This document shows, one piece after another, positions 1 through 8,128 of a stretch of DNA of 30,071 nt. Both the position numbers and the translations under genes were made by a program. The DNA is from Gemmatimonadota bacterium (GTDB lineage: Bacteria > Gemmatimonadota > Gemmatimonadetes > Gemmatimonadales > GWC2-71-9): NCBI GenBank assembly GCA_039586365.1, contig JBDHKN010000061.1, forward strand, positions 1 to 30,071, read 5' to 3'. The notes under the pieces were generated by a model. That model had not been told where the DNA came from, ran no database searches, and was given only the letters and a program-made list of their open reading frames with translations. Every line of letters begins with the position of its first letter. The first letter of the stretch is position 1.

Positions 1-109
1 GGCCCCTGATCCTGACGCTGCGATCTTGTGCCAGCGACATTCCACGCACGATCGTTTTCGGTTCTCGAAGGTGTTGTCGGCGTGATGTACTTGGCCATAT
101 CTGATTGCC

Positions 110-138
110 TGGACACTCCTGCAGCCCAACCGCATACT
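110..138 (+). promoter_or_regulatory. Putative sigma70 promoter for the C45 gene
   Basis: TGGACA(110-115)-17 nt-CATACT(133-138); GAGGAAGG SD-like sequence before ATG 187. Confidence 0.5.
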
Positions 139-186
139 AGGAGCGTGGCGATCGAGATTCCGTTGTTCTTGAGGAAGGTGTGAACG

Positions 187-1899
187 ATGAGCAGTCGTAG
201 GGATTTTCTGAAGGGAACGGCAGTTGCAGGAGCTAGCTTGGGCTTTGGCGGTCTATCACCATTGGCGCTTGCGCAGAGGCTCAGTGCGCATGAAGATGAT
301 TCGCTCCCGCCTGACATTCTTCCTGTCGTGGTTCTCAGCGGTTCCGATTATGAGATGGGCTATCAATACGGCCAGCAAGCAGGCGCTCACATTTTCCTGA
401 ACACGGAGGCCTCCTGGGCAGCGGCACTGCAGCGGCTCAGCCACGATGAGGTCATAAACGGACTCAAGGCCAGTCAGCACTACATCCAGCAGTACACGCC
501 TGAGAACATCGAGATGATGAAGGGAATGGCGGCCGGTGCCACGGCGGCCGGATATGACGTCTCATACGAAGATGCCCTGATGATGAATTGCGTACTGCCG
601 GATCCTGACACCGCAAACTTCCCGAACGGTGCGGAACAGAGTGAGCTACCGCCGAGGAAGAGCTGCTCGGTGTGCTCCGCCTGGGGGAGTGCGACAAAGG
701 ATGGCCGGCTGATCGGCCTGGACACAGTCGACGGCGGTGGAGAAGCCTTTCGCGCGGTCATCATCGTTGCTTTTCCCGATCATGGTCACAACTACATGTG
801 CGGCGCCGTCGCAGGTGAGATGGGCGAGCATTTCTACATCAACAACACGGGTCTCTTCATCGGCAACAGCGGAGGAGGCAGGTCGCCCAGGGCGGTAGAC
901 TACGACTATGGGCTCTGCTGGGCAAACGCGTTGCCCCACATTGTGCGCTTTGCAGACAATGCAGTCGAGGCCCGGGACATTATGACGTCTTTTCCGATCA
1001 ATTTCCCCGAGAACTTCCATTTCGTGGATCAGCAGCACAACTCCTTTGTGGTTGAAAAGACCGCGGCAATTCAAGCCGTCCGTAGCTCGGGTGATTTTGG
1101 GGAAGAGGACTTCCTCTACTCTACGAACACTTACCTGCACGAGGATATGGGGGTCACGAAGTTTGGAGATTTCGTCAAGCAGCATGGCGGATATGATGCC
1201 TACTCATCGCCGAGAAACATGCTGTTCTGGGACATGCTCCATAACTACCATGGCGAGATAGACGTGGAGTTCTTGAAGATGGTGCTGCGCTTTCCCGGCA
1301 ATCCGCCGCCGTATCCCCCGACAGAAGGCTGGGACGCCAAGATCTGCCGCCCCTCGAACGGTTGGGTGTCGGTGAGCATTCCCCATGACGGTGACGAAGG
1401 CCTCGCCAACATCTGTACTGGACCGGCCGGCCGAGTCATCCATTCCTCGATGGCCTCCGACGGTGAGGAGATGCGGAGCAACTATCAGTACGTCGACGGC
1501 ACCCACACGTTCTATCGGTTGCGGTTGGCCGCCGATCCGAAGGCTGTCGTGGACCAGGCGAAGGATGACGCGCAAGACGGTATTGCGACGGCATACACTG
1601 AGCTGATGCAGCTCAACTACCGGGACACGGGTTACACAGCGTTAGAGGACCTCTACTCGTTGGCCAACGCCGAATACTACCGGGGCAACGTCGCCCTGGA
1701 TCAGGCGCTATTGAGCAGTGGGAATGAAGCGCTGCGGTCTTTCGCCACAGCGACGACGCAGTACACACGATCCCAGGCCCATGCCAAGCAGGTCTACGAA
1801 GCCCTGGTTCCTCCGCCGACTAGCCCGACGGATCTCGGCTTGAGACTGTTTGGTGGCGATTGGGCTGCCTGGGAGACCTCCGTCCGAGACGCTGGATAG
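187..1899 (+). CDS. Tat-exported C45-family autoproteolytic acyltransferase/hydrolase (Ntn-hydrolase)
   Basis: Twin-arginine signal SRRDFLK...ALA; propeptide motifs 'LSGSDYEMGYQYGQQ' and 'EMMKGMAAGA'; predicted cleavage-site nucleophile S|CSVCSAWGSATKDG (Cys160); 'INNTGL'. Confidence 0.8.
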   Translation: MSSRRDFLKGTAVAGASLGFGGLSPLALAQRLSAHEDDSLPPDILPVVVLSGSDYEMGYQYGQQAGAHIFLNTEASWAAALQRLSHDEVINGLKASQHYIQQYTPENIEMMKGMAAGATAAGYDVSYEDALMMNCVLPDPDTANFPNGAEQSELPPRKSCSVCSAWGSATKDGRLIGLDTVDGGGEAFRAVIIVAFPDHGHNYMCGAVAGEMGEHFYINNTGLFIGNSGGGRSPRAVDYDYGLCWANALPHIVRFADNAVEARDIMTSFPINFPENFHFVDQQHNSFVVEKTAAIQAVRSSGDFGEEDFLYSTNTYLHEDMGVTKFGDFVKQHGGYDAYSSPRNMLFWDMLHNYHGEIDVEFLKMVLRFPGNPPPYPPTEGWDAKICRPSNGWVSVSIPHDGDEGLANICTGPAGRVIHSSMASDGEEMRSNYQYVDGTHTFYRLRLAADPKAVVDQAKDDAQDGIATAYTELMQLNYRDTGYTALEDLYSLANAEYYRGNVALDQALLSSGNEALRSFATATTQYTRSQAHAKQVYEALVPPPTSPTDLGLRLFGGDWAAWETSVRDAG

Positions 1900-2071
1900 A
1901 CTCACTACCATTGTACTGCTCCTTCGCCCACAGACGTCAGGGAGTGTCAACACGCTGGGCAGGATTGCGACCTGTCGTCGGGCCGTGATCCAGTACGCGC
2001 TTCGACCGGATCTGAGGTAGGGGCCGGCGCCGAGCCGGCCTGCTAGGGACCCTGCCTCCCTCAGGGGCTGC

Positions 2072-3100
2072 TCACCTCAGCAGCTCAATGGCATACTCCA
2101 GCTGCCGGTCTGTTCCCTGTCTGATGTCCTCCTCTGTCTGATCGACGCGGATGTCAGGTGCAATCCCAACTAATTCCCACGGCACACCGTCGTACCTGGT
2201 GATGCACCAGGTGGGTATGTGGATCAGTTTGCCGCTGGGAAGCCGACGGTCCCCGGGGTCGTCACCGCGGTCGTTGCAGCTAGCGCCAGCGGTGGTGTCA
2301 CCGACAACTGTTACGTTCGCCAACTGCTTCATGACTTCGGGGAACAGTTCCCCACCGCTGAGCGAGGCCCCGTTGATCAACACCACTACAGGATTCACGT
2401 ACCGGTAGTGAGCCTCATCGGGCTCGATTGGCGGCCATGGTTCGATCCGGACTCCGTCTTGCTTGAAGGCGAGCGGCCACGCAAGCGTCGAATCGATGAA
2501 CCTGCTCACCACCGCATCCACGTGCTCGCTATCGCCCCCGGTGTTGTTCCGGGCGTCGATGATGAGCCCGTCCGTGTCTCTGACGGAGTCCATTACCACA
2601 AAGAGATCGTCCATCATGTCATCGGTGTTGAAGTGGGAGATCCTGATGTAACCGATGTTGGCAGCCAGAATCCCGTACTCGATGCCATCTTTGCCGGCCA
2701 GGAGCAGCTCCTCGTCGAAGTAGCTCCTCAATAGATAGGCGCTGAATTCATTCTTGTCGGACAACAGCCGCGGGGCAACGTAAGGGTAGAACCTGGCCCC
2801 GCCGGTCGTGGTGTAGTAGAGGTGGGGGTCCCGCAACACCGACAGCATGTCGAACAGCACTTGGTGAATCTCATCGCCACGCGCCTGTTCGGCCTCTGGG
2901 CGGTATGCAGCGTAGACGCTGTCCCAGTCGATCTGTTTGATATCGAAGGCGGGGTAGATCGAGTCTACCCATGCCCAGGCCGCCTCGAAGTCGGCGACAT
3001 TCTGGTTCGATTCGGGTGCCGAGACGATCAGACTCTCGCAGCCGGCGAGCAGGGCGCACACAAGCGCGAGGAATGCGCACTTCATGGGTTTGCTTCTCAT
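2072..3100 (-). CDS. S41-family peptidase, lipoprotein
   Basis: Lipobox LLAGC; 'NIGYIRISHF', 'IIDARNNTGG', catalytic 'SLSGGELF', 'VVGDTTAG', 'GIAPDI', C-terminal 'DRQLEYAIELL'; GGAG SD. Confidence 0.9.
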   Translation of the reverse strand: MRSKPMKCAFLALVCALLAGCESLIVSAPESNQNVADFEAAWAWVDSIYPAFDIKQIDWDSVYAAYRPEAEQARGDEIHQVLFDMLSVLRDPHLYYTTTGGARFYPYVAPRLLSDKNEFSAYLLRSYFDEELLLAGKDGIEYGILAANIGYIRISHFNTDDMMDDLFVVMDSVRDTDGLIIDARNNTGGDSEHVDAVVSRFIDSTLAWPLAFKQDGVRIEPWPPIEPDEAHYRYVNPVVVLINGASLSGGELFPEVMKQLANVTVVGDTTAGASCNDRGDDPGDRRLPSGKLIHIPTWCITRYDGVPWELVGIAPDIRVDQTEEDIRQGTDRQLEYAIELLR

Positions 3101-3114
3101 CGTGCACTCCAGTC

Positions 3115-3897
3115 TCAGAGGCCGACTGTGATTCCGGCCAAGAGATTGTCACTGGCCGACAGCAGCGAATCCCACGGCCTGACCCGAAGCACCTGTAGCT
3201 CGTATCCGACCTCCAGCGACAAGCGACTCATCAGGAAGAAGCGGACTCCCAGGCCGAGGCTCGCGTTTGTCCCAGAGCCCACCGTGAGAAACCGGAGAGG
3301 TGATACCTCATCCGCATCCTCAGCGATGTCTATCATCCGCAGACCCAACGAGAACACGCTGGCGCGAACTGAACCAGCCAACTGAAGTCGTTCGCTCATC
3401 GGCCAGATCAAGCTGGAATTGACTCCGAGCGGGACGAGTACCGCGAAAGAGTACGGAATCTCCAGCTCGCTGTACACGATGTTCAGCTCGCTGAAGTACA
3501 TGAAGAAACCGGTGGACGGACCGAGCAACAGGTAGGCGTCGCGGGAGAACAACGACGGCGTTGCGATGCGATAGAGGTAGTCCAGGTCGAGGGAGAACTG
3601 CGTTATCGCAGCCGAGATGTTGTTGTTGCGGATCTCGGAGGAGTGCCGGTGTTCCACCCCGATGCGGTAGCCGCCGCCTGTGCGCAGGCGAGACCAACTG
3701 GCCGTAAAGGAGGGCAGGGTACCGGAGTACTTCTCACCGGAGATGTACTCATCACGGACGGAATACCGCCCTACTCCCACTTGGAGTGAGATACCCGACT
3801 GGAGCCACAGGTTTTCGGCCGGGGCTGCCTGAGCGAAGAGGCTGCTCGGCGTGAACAGAAGTTGTACGGCCACGAGGTAGGGAAGGTTGCCGCGCAT
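3115..3897 (-). CDS. Putative outer-membrane beta-barrel protein (DUF3316-like)
   Basis: Signal peptide ending SLFA|Q; alternating amphipathic strands; 'RDEYISGEKYSG' motif; terminal strand 'LLAGITVGL'; 14 nt upstream of the S41 gene; GGGAGG SD. Confidence 0.65.
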   Translation of the reverse strand: MRGNLPYLVAVQLLFTPSSLFAQAAPAENLWLQSGISLQVGVGRYSVRDEYISGEKYSGTLPSFTASWSRLRTGGGYRIGVEHRHSSEIRNNNISAAITQFSLDLDYLYRIATPSLFSRDAYLLLGPSTGFFMYFSELNIVYSELEIPYSFAVLVPLGVNSSLIWPMSERLQLAGSVRASVFSLGLRMIDIAEDADEVSPLRFLTVGSGTNASLGLGVRFFLMSRLSLEVGYELQVLRVRPWDSLLSASDNLLAGITVGL

Positions 3898-3971
3898 CTG
3901 GAGCCTCCCAGGGCTACGGGTGGGTTCAGGTCACAGGGCCCAAACGGAACGGGGCGGTGCTCTGTCGGTGC

Positions 3972-4014
3972 CAGATATATATTGTCAGTATCGATTACAT
4001 ATGCGTAATACGCA
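3972..4014. promoter_or_regulatory. AT-rich operator/promoter region between divergent genes
   Basis: CAGATATATATTG (exact reverse complement of 11031-11043); palindromes ATTAC-N6-GTAAT (3994-4009) and TGCGTA-A-TACGCA (4002-4014). Confidence 0.4.
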
Positions 4015-4306
4015 ATGTGCGTGCCCGCACATGACCTAGAGTGAAGTTGTTGTTGGCCAATGAATTATGCGGCTGTTGCGTGAGGGGGAGTGTACCAAGA
4101 GGGGGACGGTTGACTGTGGTACATCGGCGAACAGCATGCCTTGCTCTCCGGGTCTTCGGGGCTTGCCATCGCCCCCAAGATCGGGACGACGAAACGGTGC
4201 CTGGGAGCTGGGGGCCTAACAGTCGCCAGGTACCAAAGCTCCTGCAGAATGGCTCGAGTGGGTCTATCTTCCCAAGGTTACGAACCCGACTCCCTAGGAG
4301 GTCTCC

Positions 4307-6436
4307 ATGCGCGTTCCGCGCCTTGTTCTTTTCGGAATCCCGACTGCGTCCGCCCGTCTGCTCATCCTCTTTGTCGCCGCGGTTCTTTTCCCGCTTGCTT
4401 GTGCGCCTCCCTCCGGTCAGGAAGGCGATGACCCCTTCCTGTGGCTGGAGGAAGTAGAAGGGGACCGAGCCATGGATTGGGTCCTTGAACAGAATGACCT
4501 GACCAGGACGGAGCTTAGGTCCTTCCCTGAATACCAAACGCTGTACGACAACACCCTGGAGATCTTGACCTCCACGGCTCGAATCGCGTACCCCAGCATT
4601 CGGGGTGACATGCTGTTCAACTTCTGGACGGACTCGGATCACCCCAGGGGCGTCTACCGCCGCACGACGTGGCAATCCTACCTGAGCGGCGATCCGGAGT
4701 GGGAGGTCGTCCTGGACGTGGATGCCCTTGTGGCCGCAGAGGGCACGCCCTGGGCGTTCCGGGGAATGAACTGCCTCCTCCCCGCAGAGCGGATGTGCCT
4801 GGTTTCGCTCTCGCCGGGTGGCTCCGACGCGGTGGAGGTCCGCGAGTTCGACCTGGCAGCCATGGATTTCGTGGAGGGTGGTTTCACGGTTCCGGTCTCG
4901 AAGAACTCCATCGCCTGGGTGGACGAGAACACCATCCTCGTGAGCCACAACCTGAACGAGGAGTACGTAACCACATCTGGCTACTCTCGTGCGGCGCGCC
5001 GCTGGGGACGTGGCGCGGCTCTGGAAGACGCCCCGGTTATCGCTGAGGCTGGCGAGGACGACATGGGGATCTTCGTAGCGACCCAGGAGACTTCGAGCGA
5101 GCCCCTGACCGTCATTGCGCGCCTCATCACCATCTTCGAGACCGAACACCAATTCCTGGAGAATGGCGAACTGGTGACGGTTGACATTCCCTCCGACGCG
5201 CAGATGAACTTGGTGGGGGATCAACTGGTCCTTAAACTCGTGTCCGACTGGACGGTGGGAGGGCGGACATTCAACGAAGGCTCGGTGGTGAGCGCCAACC
5301 TCGACGACTACCTGGCCGGTGAACGGAACGTAGAGTTGGTGGTGGCTCCAGACGAGCGGTCCACCATCAATGGTATCTCGGCCACCAAGGACTACCTGTT
5401 GGTGAACCAGCTCACCGAGGTTCAGGGGCAACTGCTCCGCTACTGGCGGGAGGGGGGCCGTTGGGCCAGTGAGGAGATCGAGACACCACCCATGGGCGCT
5501 GTGGGTATTGGTTCCTCCTCGGTGCACCACAATCGGTTCTTCTTCACCTATGACTCCTTCACCAAGCCCACCACCCTCTTCCTGGCCGAGGAAGACGGGA
5601 CGGTGCGGGAAGTGCGGACCCTGCCGGACCAGTACTCCGCCGAGGGACTGGTGGTGGAGCAGCACCAGGCCAACTCACCGGACGGAACCAGGGTCCCCTA
5701 CTTCGTGGTCAGGGCAGAGAACGCCCCCATGGATGGGACCAATCCCACGCTCCTGACCGCTTATGGTGGCTTTCAGATCTCGTCCACCCCGTCCTACCTG
5801 GGACCGTTCGGGAAGGGATGGGTCGAGGGGGGTGGTGTATACGTTTTGGCCAACATCCGCGGGGGTGGGGAGTTCGGACCTGCTTGGTGGAAGGCCGCCC
5901 TGAAGGAGAATCGCCAGAGGGCCTATGACGACTTCATCGCGGTGGGCGACGACCTCGTGGCCCGAGGGATCACCTCCCCCGAGCACTTGGGGATCATGGG
6001 CGCGAGCAACGGCGGGCTGCTGGTGGGGGCGGCGCTGACGCAGAGGCCGGACCTTTACAGCGCGGTTGTAGTGCAGGTCCCTCTGCTGGACATGAAGCGC
6101 TATCACGTGCTCCTGGCCGGGGCGAGCTGGATGGCCGAATACGGCGACCCTGACATCCCAGAGGAGTGGGCGTACATCAGCGGGTATTCACCGTACCAGA
6201 ACGTCCGGGAGGGCGCGGACTATCCTCGACCCTTCATCTTCACTACGACCCGGGACGACCGGGTGCATCCGGGGCACGCCCGAAAGATGGCGGCCCTGAT
6301 GATGAGCTATGGGCATGATGTCTTGTACTTCGAGAACGTGGAAGGAGGGCACGGTTCCGGGGTGACGCCGGAACAGCGGGCCGAGTCCATGGCCCTGACG
6401 TTTGCCTATCTACGCCTACAATTGGGAGAGGGATAG
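4307..6436 (+). CDS. Prolyl oligopeptidase (S9A), probable lipoprotein
   Basis: 'DDPFLWLEEV', 'TLLTAYGGF', 'ANIRGGGEFG', catalytic GASNGG, 'DDRVHPGH', 'GGHG'; lipobox-like PLAC; AGGAGG SD. Confidence 0.95.
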   Translation: MRVPRLVLFGIPTASARLLILFVAAVLFPLACAPPSGQEGDDPFLWLEEVEGDRAMDWVLEQNDLTRTELRSFPEYQTLYDNTLEILTSTARIAYPSIRGDMLFNFWTDSDHPRGVYRRTTWQSYLSGDPEWEVVLDVDALVAAEGTPWAFRGMNCLLPAERMCLVSLSPGGSDAVEVREFDLAAMDFVEGGFTVPVSKNSIAWVDENTILVSHNLNEEYVTTSGYSRAARRWGRGAALEDAPVIAEAGEDDMGIFVATQETSSEPLTVIARLITIFETEHQFLENGELVTVDIPSDAQMNLVGDQLVLKLVSDWTVGGRTFNEGSVVSANLDDYLAGERNVELVVAPDERSTINGISATKDYLLVNQLTEVQGQLLRYWREGGRWASEEIETPPMGAVGIGSSSVHHNRFFFTYDSFTKPTTLFLAEEDGTVREVRTLPDQYSAEGLVVEQHQANSPDGTRVPYFVVRAENAPMDGTNPTLLTAYGGFQISSTPSYLGPFGKGWVEGGGVYVLANIRGGGEFGPAWWKAALKENRQRAYDDFIAVGDDLVARGITSPEHLGIMGASNGGLLVGAALTQRPDLYSAVVVQVPLLDMKRYHVLLAGASWMAEYGDPDIPEEWAYISGYSPYQNVREGADYPRPFIFTTTRDDRVHPGHARKMAALMMSYGHDVLYFENVEGGHGSGVTPEQRAESMALTFAYLRLQLGEG

Positions 6437-6496
6437 CGTTCCGGGGGGCCTTAGCCGGATCGTTGGAGTGGAGGTGGGGTTGAGGCAGAAGCCGCA

Positions 6497-6526
6497 GCGG
6501 TGAGAGGCTGACGGCACCCTCACCGC
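6497..6526 (+). terminator. Stem-loop downstream of the POP gene
   Basis: GCGGTGAG...CTCACCGC 8-bp stem; no clear U-tract. Confidence 0.25.
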
Positions 6527-6657
6527 CTTCGACTCTCCAGTAGCCGTGTGGGCATGGAACTAGGCGTTGGCTGCTGTCTGCGGCGACTCGACTGTCTGCA
6601 AAGCTGTCACGGAGTGGGAACTCGAACGGGTTAGCCACCCACATCAAGGAGTGGTCA

Positions 6658-7707
6658 GTGAAACGAGCGATTCTGCGGCATCCGAGATCGTTGTGTCTCC
6701 TCATGTACAGTGTCACCCATCTCGGCGGCGCTGCAGGGATATCGGCTCAGCAACATCCTCGTTTGGGGCATGCTGAAAGGGCCGCCATTGTCGATAGTGT
6801 GACCGAGGCAATGGTTGAAACCTACGTCTTCCTCGACGTGGCAAAACAGATGGATCAGCACGTCAGAGACAAGCTGCAAGCAGGAGCCTATGACAGCATC
6901 GCAACGCCTGAGGCCTTCGCCCGCCAGCTGACCGGGGACCTTCGGTCGGTCAGCGGTGATCTTCATCTCAGGGTTGCAGTTGTGGCTCGGTCGGAGTTGG
7001 GGTCCGGAGGCCGGCTGACCGATGAGCAGATCGAACGCCGCAACGAGCAGCTGCGACGCGAAAACTACCGCTTCCGTAGGCTGGAGGTCCTGGATGACAA
7101 CATCGGTTACCTGAGACTCGACAACTTCGTTGACGCTGCCATCGCTGGCCCCACGGCTGTCGCGGCCATGAACTTTCTCGCCAACGTGGACGCCCTGATT
7201 GTCGATCTACGCGAAAACAGCGGGGGCGCCCCTTCCATGATTCAGCTAATCTCGAGCTTCCTCTTCGAAGACCGAGTACATCTCAACAGTTTCTATGTGC
7301 GCCAAACCGATTCGTGGTCGCACTTTTGGACCCAGTCCGACGTGGACGGGCCCAAGCTTGTGGATGTCCCGGTCTTCGTTCTCACCAGCGGGCGTACGTT
7401 CTCCGCGGCGGAGGAGTTCGCCTACAACCTGAAACACCTCGAACGAGGGACCATCGTTGGGGAAACTACCAGGGGAGGTGCTCATCCGCAGTCCAGCAGA
7501 CGGTTCGATTTCGGGACCTTCGGAGTCGTCTTCTCCGTCCCGTTTGGACGGGCGGTCAATCCCATCACTGGGACGAACTGGGAGGGCACCGGCGTTCAAC
7601 CGCACATATCAGTGCCCGCCTCGGAGGCTCTCGAAGCAGCCCTCGCGGAGGCCCGAGCCATCTTGGGGAACGAGGGACGATCTTCGAGTAGTCCTTCACG
7701 CGGTTGA
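6658..7707 (+). CDS. S41-family peptidase (IRBP-like subgroup), secreted
   Basis: AAGGAG SD + GTG; 'LTGDLRSVSGDLHL', 'NIGYLRLDNF', 'DLRENSGG', catalytic 'TFSAAEEFAY', 'GETTRGGAHP', 'NWEGTGVQP'. Confidence 0.92.
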   Translation: MKRAILRHPRSLCLLMYSVTHLGGAAGISAQQHPRLGHAERAAIVDSVTEAMVETYVFLDVAKQMDQHVRDKLQAGAYDSIATPEAFARQLTGDLRSVSGDLHLRVAVVARSELGSGGRLTDEQIERRNEQLRRENYRFRRLEVLDDNIGYLRLDNFVDAAIAGPTAVAAMNFLANVDALIVDLRENSGGAPSMIQLISSFLFEDRVHLNSFYVRQTDSWSHFWTQSDVDGPKLVDVPVFVLTSGRTFSAAEEFAYNLKHLERGTIVGETTRGGAHPQSSRRFDFGTFGVVFSVPFGRAVNPITGTNWEGTGVQPHISVPASEALEAALAEARAILGNEGRSSSSPSRG

Positions 7708-7762
7708 CATTCCGATTCCACTTTTATAGTATTGGCCATCGCGAATACTACAGTATAGTATT
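7704..7762 (+). promoter_or_regulatory. Sigma70 promoter with putative PadR operator
   Basis: TTGACA(7704-7709)-17-TAGTAT(7727-7732); inverted repeat AATACTA-N5-TAGTATT (7744-7762); TATAGTATTGG occurs twice. Confidence 0.7.
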
Positions 7763-7798
7763 GGGTGCAACACAGGACCCACAGACAGCGGTGGAACC

Positions 7799-8128
7799 AT
7801 GAAAGGGAAGAAACACCTCGGTGAGTTGGAGCAGATGGTGCTGATGGCCGTACTCCAACTCAAAGACGACGCCTACGGGACGAGCGTGTTGCGAGAGCTG
7901 AGTGACAGAGGAGGTCGCAGAGTATCGCCCGGGGCACTCTTTGCGACAATGGATCGGTTGGAGGGAAAGGGATTGGTAACATCCCGACTCGGTGATCCGA
8001 CCCCGGGCCGAGGAGGCAAGCGGAAACGTTACCTGACAGTAACCCCGGAGGGTGTAGCCGCCCTTAGGGATGCCCGCAACGCGTGGGTCCGCATGTCTGA
8101 AGGGCTGGAGGAGGTCTTGCAGCGGTGA
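7799..8128 (+). CDS. PadR-family transcriptional regulator (short type)
   Basis: 'LGELEQMVLMAV', 'AYG', 'SPGALFATMDRLEGKGLV', 'GGKRKRYLTVTPEG'. Confidence 0.92.
   Translation: MKGKKHLGELEQMVLMAVLQLKDDAYGTSVLRELSDRGGRRVSPGALFATMDRLEGKGLVTSRLGDPTPGRGGKRKRYLTVTPEGVAALRDARNAWVRMSEGLEEVLQR

Noticed and set aside
187..1899. Penicillin biosynthesis (isopenicillin-N acyltransferase)
   Set aside because: Family-level similarity only; the protein is exported and no ACV synthetase or IPNS genes are nearby.
3995..5665. 556-aa antisense ORF
   Set aside because: Shadow of the prolyl oligopeptidase gene in GC-rich DNA; no recognisable motifs. The same applies to the many other overlapping ORFs in the track.
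4212..6626. Integron attC-like cores (GCCTAAC near 4214, GTTAGCC near 6620)
   Set aside because: No matching partner core or L-box pairing at attC distances; no integrase; genes are in mixed orientations.
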